Source: Lama guanicoe
Lineage: Eukaryota
Reading direction: 5' to 3'
DNA: 64,000 bases
NCBI GenBank assembly: GCA_013239625.1
Contig: MU054220.1
Location: 372,001-436,000, forward strand
The notes beneath the pieces are model-generated. The model saw only the letters and a list, made by a program, of their open reading frames with translations. It made no database searches and was not told the origin of the DNA. Positions 1-11,329 of the stretch are shown here, piece after piece. The translations under genes were made by a program, and so were the position numbers. The stretch's first letter is position 1. Every line of letters begins with the position of its first letter.

Positions 1-10
1 CATAACATGA

Positions 11-546
11 GAGATTCCAAAGACAGGTAAAATGGTGTATATATGTTATCGTAAACAAAAGAGAAAGGGCTGTGGGTCTGGAATTCAAAGGGAAGGAAAG
101 CAGTTCACAAGAAGATGAAAAGAGCAAATGTTTGGTGAACAATCATGTCCTTGGCTGTACAGAATCAATGAGACACAGACATTTTAACCGGCTGTTTTTA
201 GGTTCCTCCCTGTCTACCACACATTGTTCATATTACACTGTCGTTATCTGTGGTAATAGTCCACTTCCTGAAACAGGTCCTTTCTCTAAATTCTTTTAGG
301 CAGTTAAGGAGGGGGTAAAAACCAAGAACTTTCTGGGTCTTCTGTTTCTTCTTTTCTTCTTTTTTTTTTTTACAGTTCGACTGCACATACACATTATATT
401 GCACGTAAATTCGTATATACAGTATACTGCACATTTTTTTAGTTTACATATACGTACTTGAGTCTTCTGTTTCTTAAAAATATTCAGCCTAAAATAATCC
501 TCATGTCAAAGAGACATTTTGGGGTGGCACATTTTGATCCCCTACA
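11..546 (-). mobile_element. ERV-type LTR fragment
   Basis: The minus strand starts TGTAGGGGATCAAAATGTGCCACCCCAAAATGTCTCTTTG, typical of ERV1-class LTR 5' ends. It is interrupted by an insertion at 351-461. Confidence 0.6.
351..461 (-). mobile_element. Short retroposed insertion of an unidentified RNA, with poly(A) and 14-bp TSD
   Basis: TSD GTCTTCTGTTTCTT at 337-350 and 462-475; poly-T tract at 351-371; ~90 nt body that I do not recognise as L1. Confidence 0.75.
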
Positions 547-562
547 AAATTATATTCACCAA

Positions 563-1030
563 AACATGGGTGAACCTTGAGAGCATTTTGCTAAGTGAAG
601 TAAGTCAGACAGAGAAAGACAAATGCTCTATGTTCTCCTTTATATGTAGAATCTAAAAAAGTTGAACTCAAAGAAACAGAGTAGAAGAGTAGCTACCAGG
701 GATGGAGGAGAGGGAAGAACTGAATGGTGATGTTGATCAAATGATACAAACTTTCTGTTGTAACATGAATGGTTTCTGGGGATCTAATGTACAACATGGT
801 GACTCTAGTTGACAACACCATACTGTATAGTTGAAATTTGCTAAGGAAGTAGATCTAAATCTTTTCAGCACAACAGAAAAATGGTAACTATGTAAAATAA
901 CATCTATTTATTAACCTTCTAGTGGTAATCTTTGATAAATTATACATATATCAAAATATGCATTGTGCACCTTAAAGAAACCCAGTATTGTCAATTATAT
1001 CTCAATAAAGATGGGGGAAAAAAAAGAAGA
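563..1030 (+). mobile_element. Old LINE-1 3' end (L1MA-like)
   Basis: AACATGGGTGAACCTTGAGAGCATTTTGCTAAGTGAAGTAAGTCAGACAGAGAAAGACAAA; ends with CTCAATAAAG and an A-rich tail. Confidence 0.85.
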
Positions 1031-1669
1031 AAAAGTATCCAATTGGTTAGGTTATAAAGAGCAATGGAAAGCGCCTTGGAAAAACATAGCATTGTGCTTT
1101 AATTATCAGCAATCAACCTCTCTAAAAGATATATAAATTTTTGTATATAAATTTACCCTCTTTCCACTAAAGTAATGTTTAAAAAAGCAAAGGAGGTATG
1201 AGTAATTGTATATAAACCAGAAGATGAATGAAATAAATGAATACACATCAGTAGAAAGAAATACAATGCCTCTGTTAAGGACATTTTATATGTAAATGTG
1301 TTTATTGAGGTATTGTTTTATTTAAAAATGTAATAGTATATCCAAGAAAATATTGTTGTTTCTCCATTGCTACATATAGGCATTGTGATTTGAGTTTGAT
1401 ATCCCTATCTTTATGTAGAATCTTTAATTGTCATGAGAAGTTAAGTGGATGTGTGTGTGTTGTGAAAATGTGTGTATGTATTGTCTGTTATGGAATTAAA
1501 ACAATGTACCTACACTGGGATTAGTAAAGCATAAATAATAAATGTTGGTTGAGTGGTAATCATAGACTATTTTTAACCAGGTATAAGACTGGGCATTGAG
1601 GAAGACAGGAACAAAAGAATAATGGGGAAAAATCTATATTTCTATCTCAATAACCCTACTTATTTGAAA

Positions 1670-1770
1670 TATCTGATGATAAACCATATGATTAAACTTG
1701 TCATCACTTATTTCTGAGTACCAAATGTTGAAAAACCCAGGGACCAGACACAGACAGCGATATAAATTCT
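1670..1770 (+). promoter_or_regulatory. Putative OR promoter module, type P1, with no downstream CDS (second copy at 3560-3660)
   Basis: Paralogous to 20920-21012 and 33255-33347: GATGATAAACC...CACTTATT...CCCAGGGACCAGACACAGA...TATAAA (1761). Confidence 0.55.
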
Positions 1771-2595
1771 AAGTAATGCTGGAGACAACATTGCCTGGGT
1801 AGATAGAACCACATCCAGGAGAAACATCACAAGTTTAGTCACAGGTACTAATAATTTTGGGTGTGATTTTCTCATTTTTTATTTTATTTTTCCTTAGTTA
1901 TTTTCTTCTTTTCATGAGCATAATAAATTTCACCTTTAGTAAACAAAATTGTATCATGTGTTGTGGAGAAAATCTTAAATATTTACACATTTTTAGCACA
2001 GAGTGTATCTGGGTAGACTTTAGAAATGTAAGCGCTAAGTGCCACTGAGCCAAAATGATACATCCTCTTCTGATTTAGAATCAAAAAGAAAGAACACTGT
2101 ATTGGTTATTTTCTATGCAAATACATTTTATCCAGTTAAAAATGGATATGTATTATTTTTTATAATAAAGGCATAAAGTCAAAATAAGGGTTTCACAGTG
2201 TTACTATACTTAATGCATTTTTACAAAGTTTAAAGAGATTCCAAAGACAGGTAAAATGGTGTATATATGTTATCGTAAACAAAAGAGAAAGGGCTGTGGG
2301 TCTGGAATTCAAAGGGAAGGAAAGCAGTTCACAAGAAGATGAAAAGAGCAAATGTTTGGTGAACAATCATGTCCTTGGCTGTACAGAATCAATGAGACAC
2401 AGACATTTTAACCGGCTGTTTTTAGGTTCCTCCCTGTCTACCACACATAGTTCACATTACACTGTCGTTATCTGTGGTAATAGTCCACTTCCTGAAACAG
2501 GTCCTTTCTCTAAATTCTTTTAGGCAGTTAAGGAGGGGGTAAAAACCAAGAACTTTCTGGGTCTTCTGTTTCTTCTTTTCTTCTTCTTTTTTTTT

Positions 2596-2921
2596 NNNNN
2601 NNNNNNNNNNNNNNNNNNNNNNNNNNNNNNNNNNNNNNNNNNNNNNNNNNNNNNNNNNNNNNNNNNNNNNNNNNNNNNNNNNNNNNNNNNNNNNNNNNNN
2701 NNNNNNNNNNNNNNNNNNNNNNNNNNNNNNNNNNNNNNNNNNNNNNNNNNNNNNNNNNNNNNNNNNNNNNNNNNNNNNNNNNNNNNNNNNNNNNNNNNNN
2801 NNNNNNNNNNNNNNNNNNNNNNNNNNNNNNNNNNNNNNNNNNNNNNNNNNNNNNNNNNNNNNNNNNNNNNNNNNNNNNNNNNNNNNNNNNNNNNNNNNNN
2901 NNNNNNNNNNNNNNNNNNNNN
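2596..2921. other. Assembly gap (326 N)
   Basis: Run of N. The equivalent segment in the first repeat copy is ~660 bp (372-1030). Confidence 1.
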
Positions 2922-4264
2922 AAAAGTATCCATTGGTTAGGTTATAAAGAGCAATGGAAAGCGCCTTGGAAAAACATAGCATTGTGCTTTAATTATCAGC
3001 AATCAACTTCTCTAAAAGATATATAAATTTTTGTATATAAGTTTACCCTCTTTCCACTAAAGTAATGTTTAAAAAAGCAAAGGAGGTATGAGTAATTGTA
3101 TATAAACCAGAAGATGAATGAAATAAATGAATACACATCAGTAGAAAGAAATACAATGCCTCTGTTAAGGACATTTTATATGTAAATGTGTTTATTGAGG
3201 TATTGTTTTATTTAAAAATGTAATAGTATATCCAAGAAAATATTGTTGTTTCTCCATTGCTACATATAGGCATTGTGATTTGAGTTTGATATCCCTATCT
3301 TTATGTAGAATCTTTAATTGTCATGAGAAGTTAAGTGGATGTGTGTGTGTTGTGAAAATGTGTGTATGTATTGTCTGTTATGGAATTAAAACAATGTACC
3401 TACACTGGGATTAGTAAAGCATAAATAATAAATGTTGGTTGAGTGGTAATCATAGACTATTTTTAACCAGGTATAAGACTGGGCATTGAGGAAGACAGGA
3501 ACAAAAGAATAATGGGGAAAAATCTATATTTCTATCTCAATAACCCTACTTATTTGAAATATCTGATGATAAACCATATGATTAAACTTGTCATCACTTA
3601 TTTCTGAGTACCAAATGTTGAAAAACCCAGGGACCAGACACAGACAGCGATATAAATTCTAAGTAATGCTGGAGACAACATTGCCTGGGTAGATAGAACC
3701 ACATCCAGGAGAAACATCACAAGTTTAGTCACAGGTACTAATAATTTTGGGTGTGATTTTCTCATTTTTTATTTTATTTTTCCTTAGTTATTTTCTTCTT
3801 TTCATGAGCATAATAAATTTCACCTTTAGTAAACAAAATTGTATCATGTGTTGTGGAGAAAATCTTAAATATTTACACATTTTTAGCACAGAGTGTATCT
3901 GGGTAGACTTTAGAAATGTAAGCGCTAAGTGCCACTGAGCCAAAATGATACATCCTCTTCTGATTTAGAATCAAAAAGAAAGAACACTGTATTGGTTATT
4001 TTCTATGCAAATACATTTTATCCAGTTAAAAATGGATATGTATTATTTTTTATAATAAAGGCATAAAGTCAAAATAAGGGTTTCACAGTGTTACTATACT
4101 TAATGCATTTTTACAAAGTTTAAAACCAATCACCTTAGGTTAAATTATAATTATAAATGACATTTGATTTTAATTCAGAATTTATTTATTTGTCTATTTC
4201 CTGAAGAGTGTCTTTGTGGTATGGGCAATATAGGAATGGCTACAAAAATTCCCCCTGCCAATTA

Positions 4265-4324
4265 AGAAAAAATTTTTTAAACTTTTTTTATTGAATTACA
4301 GTCATTTTACAATGTTGTGTCAAA
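4265..4324 (-). mobile_element. Ultra-short (60 bp) L1 3'-end insertion
   Basis: TTTTTTATTGAATTACAGTCATTTTACAATGTTGTGTCAAA flanked by TSD CCTGCCAATTA (4254-4264, 4325-4335). Confidence 0.8.
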
Positions 4325-4720
4325 CCTGCCAATTATTAAGCAGAATTAAAATAATACTGCAATAGTTATGTACACAAATCACATACCAATGAATACATGC
4401 ATTCAACTCAGTTTCTCCATCTCAATCCAACATATGTGTCCATGCATGTTGGAACACACATTCACACAAATGTACATAAGATAAATGAACATATGCACTT
4501 GCATTCATATTGTTCCTGGCAAGCAAAGGACACGGCTTACTGACATTATTTATCTCCCAATACCAAATGATAAAATTGCCAAGCTGTATACACATCCATG
4601 TAGCAGAAGTAATTTTCTCTCCAGCCTTTCCTCAAGCTGTTAGTTTATTACTTGAATATAAGGTATCTGAGCAGCTCTTGTGGTGTCACCATTAGCTATA
4701 GAGAGTTCATAAAGTGATTG

Positions 4721-5628
4721 TTTTTTTTAAACATTTTTTATTGAGTTATAGTCATTTTGCAATGTTGTGTCAAATTCCAGTGTAGAGCACAATTTTTCAG
4801 TTATACATGAACTTACATATATTCATTGTCACATTTTTTTTCTCTGTGAGCTGCCACAAGATCTTGTGTATATTTCCCTGTGCTCTACAGGATAATCTTA
4901 TTTATCTATTCTACGTATGCCTGTCAGCAGCTACAAATTTTGAAATCCAAGTCTGTCGCTTCCCACTCCCTCCCCCTTGGCACCCACAAGTTTGTATTCT
5001 ATGTCTATGAGTCTGTTTCTGTTTTGTATTTATGTTCTTTTTTTTAGATTCCACATATGAGCAATCTCATATGGCATTTTCTTTCTCTTTCTGGCTTACT
5101 TCACTTAGAATGACATTCTCCAGGAACATCCGTGATGCTGCAAATGGGGTTATGTTGTCTGTTTTTATGGCTGAATAGTATTTCATTGTATAAATATACC
5201 ACTGCTTCTTTATCCAGTCATCTGTTGATGGACATTTAGGCTGTTTCCCTGTCTTGGCTATTGTAAATAGTGCTGCTATGAACATTGGGTGCAGGTATCT
5301 TTTTGAAGTAGGGTTCCTTCTGGAGCGGGGTTCCTGGGTCATAAAGTAAGTCTATTCCCAGTCTTTTGAGGAATCTCCATATTGTTTTCCAAAGTGGCTG
5401 CACCAACCTGCATTCCCACCGGCAGTGCAGGAGGGTTCCCCTTTCTCCACAGCCTCTCCAGTATTTGTCATTTGTGGACTTTTGAATGACGGCCATTCTG
5501 ACTGGTGTGAGGTGATACCTCCTTGTAGTTATGATTTGCATTTCTCTGATAATTAGTGATATTGAGCATTTTTTCATGTGCCTATTGATCATTTGTATGT
5601 CTTCCTTGGAGAACTGCTTGTTGAGGTC
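4721..5628 (-). mobile_element. 5'-truncated LINE-1 (ORF2 C-terminus and 3' UTR)
   Basis: Frameshifted ORF2 peptides [32 protein letters not shown]...[12 protein letters not shown] and [11 protein letters not shown]...YYSAIK. Confidence 0.95.
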
Positions 5629-6189
5629 TAGGACACTTATAAGCATCATCAATTCTTATTTATAAAAAGTCTTTTTGCTTCGCTAAACAGAGAGAAATCT
5701 GTAAGACTAATCATCATCAGTTTCAATACACGTGAATCAAAAATTGTTCTAAAAGTGAAGATACAGTGCAGGTATTAAATCAGCACATTTTTCTCGTTTT
5801 TATTTCCAAAGATTGTTAATGGAATCGAGATATTCTCACAAACTACACCTATGTTCACAATTAATGCAGTTTAAGAATTGATTTTAGATACTGTTTTTTG
5901 AATCTGTCGGCCTTTCATGCATTGCTTTTGACATTCCTTCATATCCTTTTTGTACTAGAAATATTCCTAAACGACGTGGTGAAAATGAAAGTTGCAAAAA
6001 TAAACAAAACAAAGAGTAAGAAAAAGACGTGAATTACTTAGTGCGGTGGCGGGAGGGGGTCTTTTTGTATTTCATTGGGCTTCTGCTTTGACTAGATGCC
6101 AAAGGTGCAGATTCAGTGTAACTGCAGCTAAAAATAAAAAAGTCATTTGTGATTTTCTTCCTGTTAGATCAATGTGTTAACAATAGTGA

Positions 6190-6406
6190 GAAAATAAAGC
6201 TCAGTTTTTGCTAAAGTTGTCTCTGTATTCACTGGGGAAAATACAGAAAAGAAAATATAATTAATCATATGTTAGCTTCCGTTGAGCCAGAGGCAGAAGC
6301 CTCAGAGATTTAAATCCCAAATGCTACCTGGTGAAATAAAATGCCATCTGCTTATTGTTTAGCCACCAGTAGCAAGGACAGAAAGAACTGCTCATCTCAG
6401 GTACGT
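6190..6406 (+). promoter_or_regulatory. Putative promoter and first non-coding exon (type P2) of the OR at 7787
   Basis: Paralogous to 17295-17516 and 25800-26020. O/E-like TCACTGGGGA, homeodomain TAATTA, TATA-like GATTTAAAT, donor CAG|GTACGT at 6401. Confidence 0.6.
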
Positions 6407-6854
6407 TCCTGACTATCCAAATTTAAGAATATAGGAGAAAAATTTTACATTAAAAAATGAGAGACTTGTAAATTAATCATATGATGTCTGCTTATTCAGT
6501 TTAATAAACTCATCAATTTAATGGTCAAAAAATAATATTTTCTTCTCAGACCTGGAAGAATCTATCCCAACTTATTTGTAGCCATAAAATATTGTTTTAA
6601 TTATTTTCTTTTAATATAGGTTCACAGGAGAGTCTGTACTCTTTTATCACTGGGGAAGTATTTATATGAATTTACATAAAAAATTTTTTTCAAATATAAT
6701 TTAGGTACCACTTTATAAATAACAATATGTGCAAACTTAACTGTCTCTACACTACATGCCAGATATACTTAAATAAAAAAATAATCATCACCTCCATTCT
6801 TATTCTTATATATCAACAGAGACACACATTCATACAAACATGACTTACGCAAAT

Positions 6855-6881
<27 letters not shown>
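6855..6881. repeat. (CA)n microsatellite
   Basis: About 13 CA units. Confidence 0.95.
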
Positions 6882-6885
<4 letters not shown>

Positions 6886-7786
6886 AGGAGGAGACTATAT
6901 ACATCAGAAGCATTTATTGTCCCTCAACCCATTTTCATATTTTGAACATAACAGTCCACTTAAAATCAAAGAGATGCGGCTGTGTGCATTAAATTCTGTT
7001 GTTTTCACTTCTTTTTATCACTTTTCTTTGACTACTCAAGAGATTCATTCTCTGGCCCTAGATTACTCCCCAAATAGGTAATGAGAATTGTGTCAAAGCA
7101 ACAATACATTTCTAGAGTAAAGGCCAATAAATCTATTTCATCTTTCACCAAATAGTAAAGATAACTTAGACCAGGACCAGTAATATAATATCCTTTATTA
7201 TTATTATTATTATTTATTTATTCAGTATTATTATTAGTCAGTGATGTGCTCACGGTTTCTAGAACCAAGAGAAAAGCATTTTAAACCATTGTTTATTTGA
7301 GCTGTGTCTTTTGAGAAACATAACAATGCAAAACATTTTTTTGTGTCCATGTGATTATTTTCAAATATAGAAAATGTTTAGTCCTGTATCTTACAGCCTG
7401 GTCTCTCTAACATTGGTGTTTTTACCATGGTATTTTTGAATACAGAATAAGATGTTAATTTATTGAATTATGCTTACAAAGATAAAAAAGCTAAAACCCA
7501 GAAAAATGAAAAACTCATAGAAAATTATATACATCATGATGGCATGCAGATTTAGATTAAAAGTTTTTTTTTAATGTTGATCACAATTTTTGCTTGTTTT
7601 AATTGTCAAGCAGACAGCAATGCTCCTTCAAAGAGTGGGCACTTGGCTGGGTAATTTTCTGAGTATAAAAAGATAGTTACAGAAAGAAATTGTGTTCTAC
7701 TTTGTAGAAATTTTGCAGATGTCCAGATACTCCTCTATCCTTTTCTTGATTATTTTGTCAAAAATTCAGACAAGAAAAAAGAAAGA

Positions 7787-8716
7787 ATGAGAAAAGAAAA
7801 TTGCTCCGTGACTGAATTCATTTTCTTGGGAATCACCAGCAGCCTGAGCATGAAGGTGACCCTGTTCTCCTTGCTGCTACTTGTGTATCTCATTAATCTC
7901 CTGGCCAATCTCGGAATGATCTCCCTAATTAGACTGGATTCCCAGCTGCACACACCCATGTACTTTTTCCTCAGCCACCTCTCTTTCTGTGATCTCTGCT
8001 GTTCCACAGTAATTGGCCCCAAGATGCTGGTGGACATATTTGCCAAAAAAAAATCCATCCCCTTCCTTGGCTGTGCTCTGCAGTTCTTTGTCTTCAGTAC
8101 CTGTGCAGATTGTGAGAGTCTCCTGCTGGCTGTGATGGCCTATGACCGGTACAAGGCCATCAGCAACCCGCTGCTCTACACAGTCAGCATGTCCGGCAGC
8201 GTGTGCTCCCTGCTCGTGGCGGGGGTGTACCTGGTGGGGATGGCGGATTCTTTGATGCACACGACATTAGCCTTCCGCTTGTGTTTCTGTGGCTCAAATG
8301 AGATTAACCATTTCTTCTGTGATTTACCTCCTCTCTTCCTCCTTTCCTGCTCTGGAATACAGGTTAATGAATTGGTATTATTCACCATTTTTGGCTTCAT
8401 TGAACTGAGTACCATTTCAGGAGTCCTTGTCTCTTACTTTTATATTATCCTGTCAGTGTTGAAGATCCACTCTGCTGAGGGGAGGCTCAAAGCTTTCTCC
8501 ACCTGCACCTCCCACTTAACTGCCGTGGCCATTTTCCAGGGAACTATGGTCTTCACGTATTTCCGGCCGAGCTCTTTCTACTCTCTGGATCAAGACAAAA
8601 TGACCTCACTGTTTTACACCCTTGTGATTCCCATGTTAAACCCTCTGATTTACAGCCTACGGAACAAGGATGTGAAAGAGGCCCTTGAAAAATTGAAAAT
8701 TAAATTGAAAAATTGA
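7787..8716 (+). CDS. OR5W2: Olfactory receptor 5W2-like (309 aa)
   Basis: Motifs [39 protein letters not shown]; subfamily-typical [31 protein letters not shown]. Confidence 0.92.
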   Translation: MRKENCSVTEFIFLGITSSLSMKVTLFSLLLLVYLINLLANLGMISLIRLDSQLHTPMYFFLSHLSFCDLCCSTVIGPKMLVDIFAKKKSIPFLGCALQFFVFSTCADCESLLLAVMAYDRYKAISNPLLYTVSMSGSVCSLLVAGVYLVGMADSLMHTTLAFRLCFCGSNEINHFFCDLPPLFLLSCSGIQVNELVLFTIFGFIELSTISGVLVSYFYIILSVLKIHSAEGRLKAFSTCTSHLTAVAIFQGTMVFTYFRPSSFYSLDQDKMTSLFYTLVIPMLNPLIYSLRNKDVKEALEKLKIKLKN

Positions 8717-9131
8717 AAAATGAACGATGGTTTTTAATATTTATGTTATACATATACCCATATATAACAATTTTTATAAAATTATATAATACATGAGAAA
8801 CATGATGTTCTCAGCAACAATACTAAAGCTCCGTCATAAGAAAATGTTTCAGTGTCTCAAACTTACGCTTCATTATGTGCCTTGAACTTATCTATGAAAC
8901 TCCCTCTTCCCGTAAAACTTCCTGACTCTTCTAATTTTGTCATATTTTATTTGTTAATATGTTCATTCAAATATCATTTCACATACATTAAGGTTTGTGA
9001 GTGTTCACTTTTTTTTTTGCATTTAAGTGCTTTGCATTTCATGAAGAATCCAGTAGTTTGTGCACTAGTGAATCCTAAAGCCTAGAGGAATAAACAAACA
9101 TTGATTAGGCAGACAAATAATTCCTAATAAG

Positions 9132-9432
9132 AAAAAAAACCAGAAATACAAAACAGGAACAGACTCATAGACATAGAATACAAACTTGTGGTTGCCAAGG
9201 GGGCGGGAGGTGGGTAGGGACAGACTGAGACTTCAAAATGCAAAATAGAGAAGCAAGATTATACTGTATAGTACAGGGAAATATATACAAGATCTTGTGG
9301 TAGCTCACAGCAAAAAAGAATGTGACAGTGAATATATGCATGTTCATGTGTAACTGAAAAATTGTGCTCTACACTGGAATTTGACACAACATTGTAAAAT
9401 GACTATAACTCAATAAAAAATGTAAACAAAAA
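9132..9432 (+). mobile_element. L1 3' end fragment
   Basis: ACAGACTCATAGACATAGAATACAAACTT...GACTATAACTCAATAAAAAA, the reverse complement of the L1 end at 4721-5030; degenerate TSD TCCTAAT(A/G)AG. Confidence 0.9.
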
Positions 9433-9939
9433 AAGTCCTAATGAGGTTCAAAACTCCCATTTAGTAGAAAAAGACTTCAGGTTAAAAATCTAGAAACAAA
9501 TGTCAAAATCTAGTGTGCAGAAAAAAAGGCTTTTTTGGATAGAAGTATTTACTCTCAGATCTAAGAAGTGTTAAGATGGGGAAGTAAAGGATTCTAGGCA
9601 GATGGTCTGACAGTTACAGAGGTCTTGAGAGGAACAGTTTTATACCTTTTTAGAATTAAGAAATTCAACATGGATAGGTGATAGACAGTAACATAAAGTG
9701 CCTTGGTGAATTACATCATTTGCTGGAATTATTAGCTATCAGCGCCTCCCTCTTCTCAGCTCTGATTAAATGTCCCTTTTTTGGTTCACATAGAACCATC
9801 TTCTTCAGTCATTCTTTTTCATATAACCTTGTTTATTACATCATTGCCTACAATATGAGACTGTGAGCAATCTTTGCTCAAGGACTGAAAATTCATTCCT
9901 ATTATCCCAAACACTTACATAGTCTGGGACAAACAATGG

Positions 9940-10045
9940 AAAAAAAGAAAGATGAAAGGAAGGAAGGAAGGAAGAAAGGAAGGAAGGAAGGAAGGAAGGA
10001 AGGAAGGAAGGAAGGAAGGGAGGGAGGAAGGAAGGAAGGGAGGAG

Positions 10046-10116
<71 letters not shown>

Positions 10117-10117
10117 G

Positions 10118-10206
<89 letters not shown>

Positions 10207-10295
10207 CAAGAAAGAAAGAAAGAAAGAAAGAAGGAAGGAAAGAAAGAAAAAGAGATAGAAAGAAAAAGAAGAAAGAAAGGGAGGGAGGGAGAAAA
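9940..10295. repeat. Compound polypurine microsatellite (GGAA)n(GAAA)n(GA)n
   Basis: About 350 bp of almost pure A/G on the + strand. Confidence 0.98.
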
Positions 10296-11329
10296 ACAGT
10301 AGACAACATTTTTGAGGTGTTTAGACATCAGTCACTAACAAAAATTAACTGAAGATATGGTATGTGGCTTGAATATATACACTTTATAAATTTTTAGAAA
10401 GAACATAAAATTGTTGTGGCTAGTAAGATATTGATCTACAAAGACATACGTATTACACTAGAGTAAAGAGCACTGATCTGTATACATTCTTAATATTTAT
10501 TTCATGTGTCTCTGCTCTGGATTCTGCTGTTTAAATCACTGGATCAGCGTGCCGAGACAACACGGATATGGCTATATATTTTAAAGACCATGTAAAACTT
10601 GTATAATTAGTCATTACAATCATAGAAGTTAAAAGCCACCACATATAGATTTTCTGGCTGTCATTGTAAAATGCCTTTGTGCAAAAACATTTCAGAATAG
10701 AATTGAAGCCCAAGAAGATTCTCTGGCTTTCAAAGGGGCATTTGTGGGACGTTGTGACCTCACACATAGTGGTATCACATTGGGAAAAAAAATCTATGAA
10801 GTATTTTTTTAATAAAAGGTTTTAGGGGTTTTCACTTGCACCCTGTTTTCTCACTTTACACATGGTAACATGATAGAAACATGGTAGGAAATTTTTTTTT
10901 GGAAATATGTTGTCCAAGAAAAACGGGGGATCAGCGATTGCTGCTGGTTTAGAGGATATAAACATATTATCTGATTACATCTCTCCTCCTTTTGATCGCT
11001 ATATGTTACAGCATCTGAACACTGACTTGATCTACATATTGGCTGTGTTATGAAATCTAGTAGATGTGAACTAAAGGCAAGGAAATTTTAAACCCTATAA
11101 ATAAAATTTCAAAAATAGAATTGACTGATTCAGTTTATTTTGGGCTTCCCACCCCGATTCACCAGGCACCCCCTGGAAGGAGCTGGTAAACATAGATGCA
11201 CCCCAGCTTTTGTGGCTGCCCTGAGGGATGTGTCCCCAGATCATCTGACTCTGATAGCCAACGGGACTTCCACTCAGGAATGCCACAGAAGGTTGAAAGC
11301 ATGTCAAGCACCTTTTCCAACCACAGTGA

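Larger units (their letters stand above)
10..4124 (+). repeat. Near-identical head-to-tail duplication of a ~2.2 kb unit (10-2234 and 2235-4124)
   Basis: GAGATTCCAAAGACAGG starts at 11 and 2235. Identical or near-identical ORFs recur at offset 2224 before the gap and 1890 after it. Both copies end in TTACAAAGTTTAAA. Confidence 0.95.

Noticed and set aside
72..299. Duplicated 75-aa ORF (also at 2296)
   Set aside because: Non-ATG start inside an LTR; it recurs only because of the tandem duplication.
2452..2982. ORFs of 176 and 137 aa
   Set aside because: They run through the N gap.
5067..5652. Two minus-strand ORFs with real protein similarity
   Set aside because: Frameshifted L1 ORF2 remnants, not host genes.
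8176..8415. Antisense ORFs recurring inside paralogous OR genes (also 27688, 23380, 35820)
   Set aside because: Shadow frames of the conserved or converted OR coding sequence.
9841..10352. Long K/E/R-rich and F/L/S-rich ORFs
   Set aside because: Translations of the GAAA/GGAA microsatellite.
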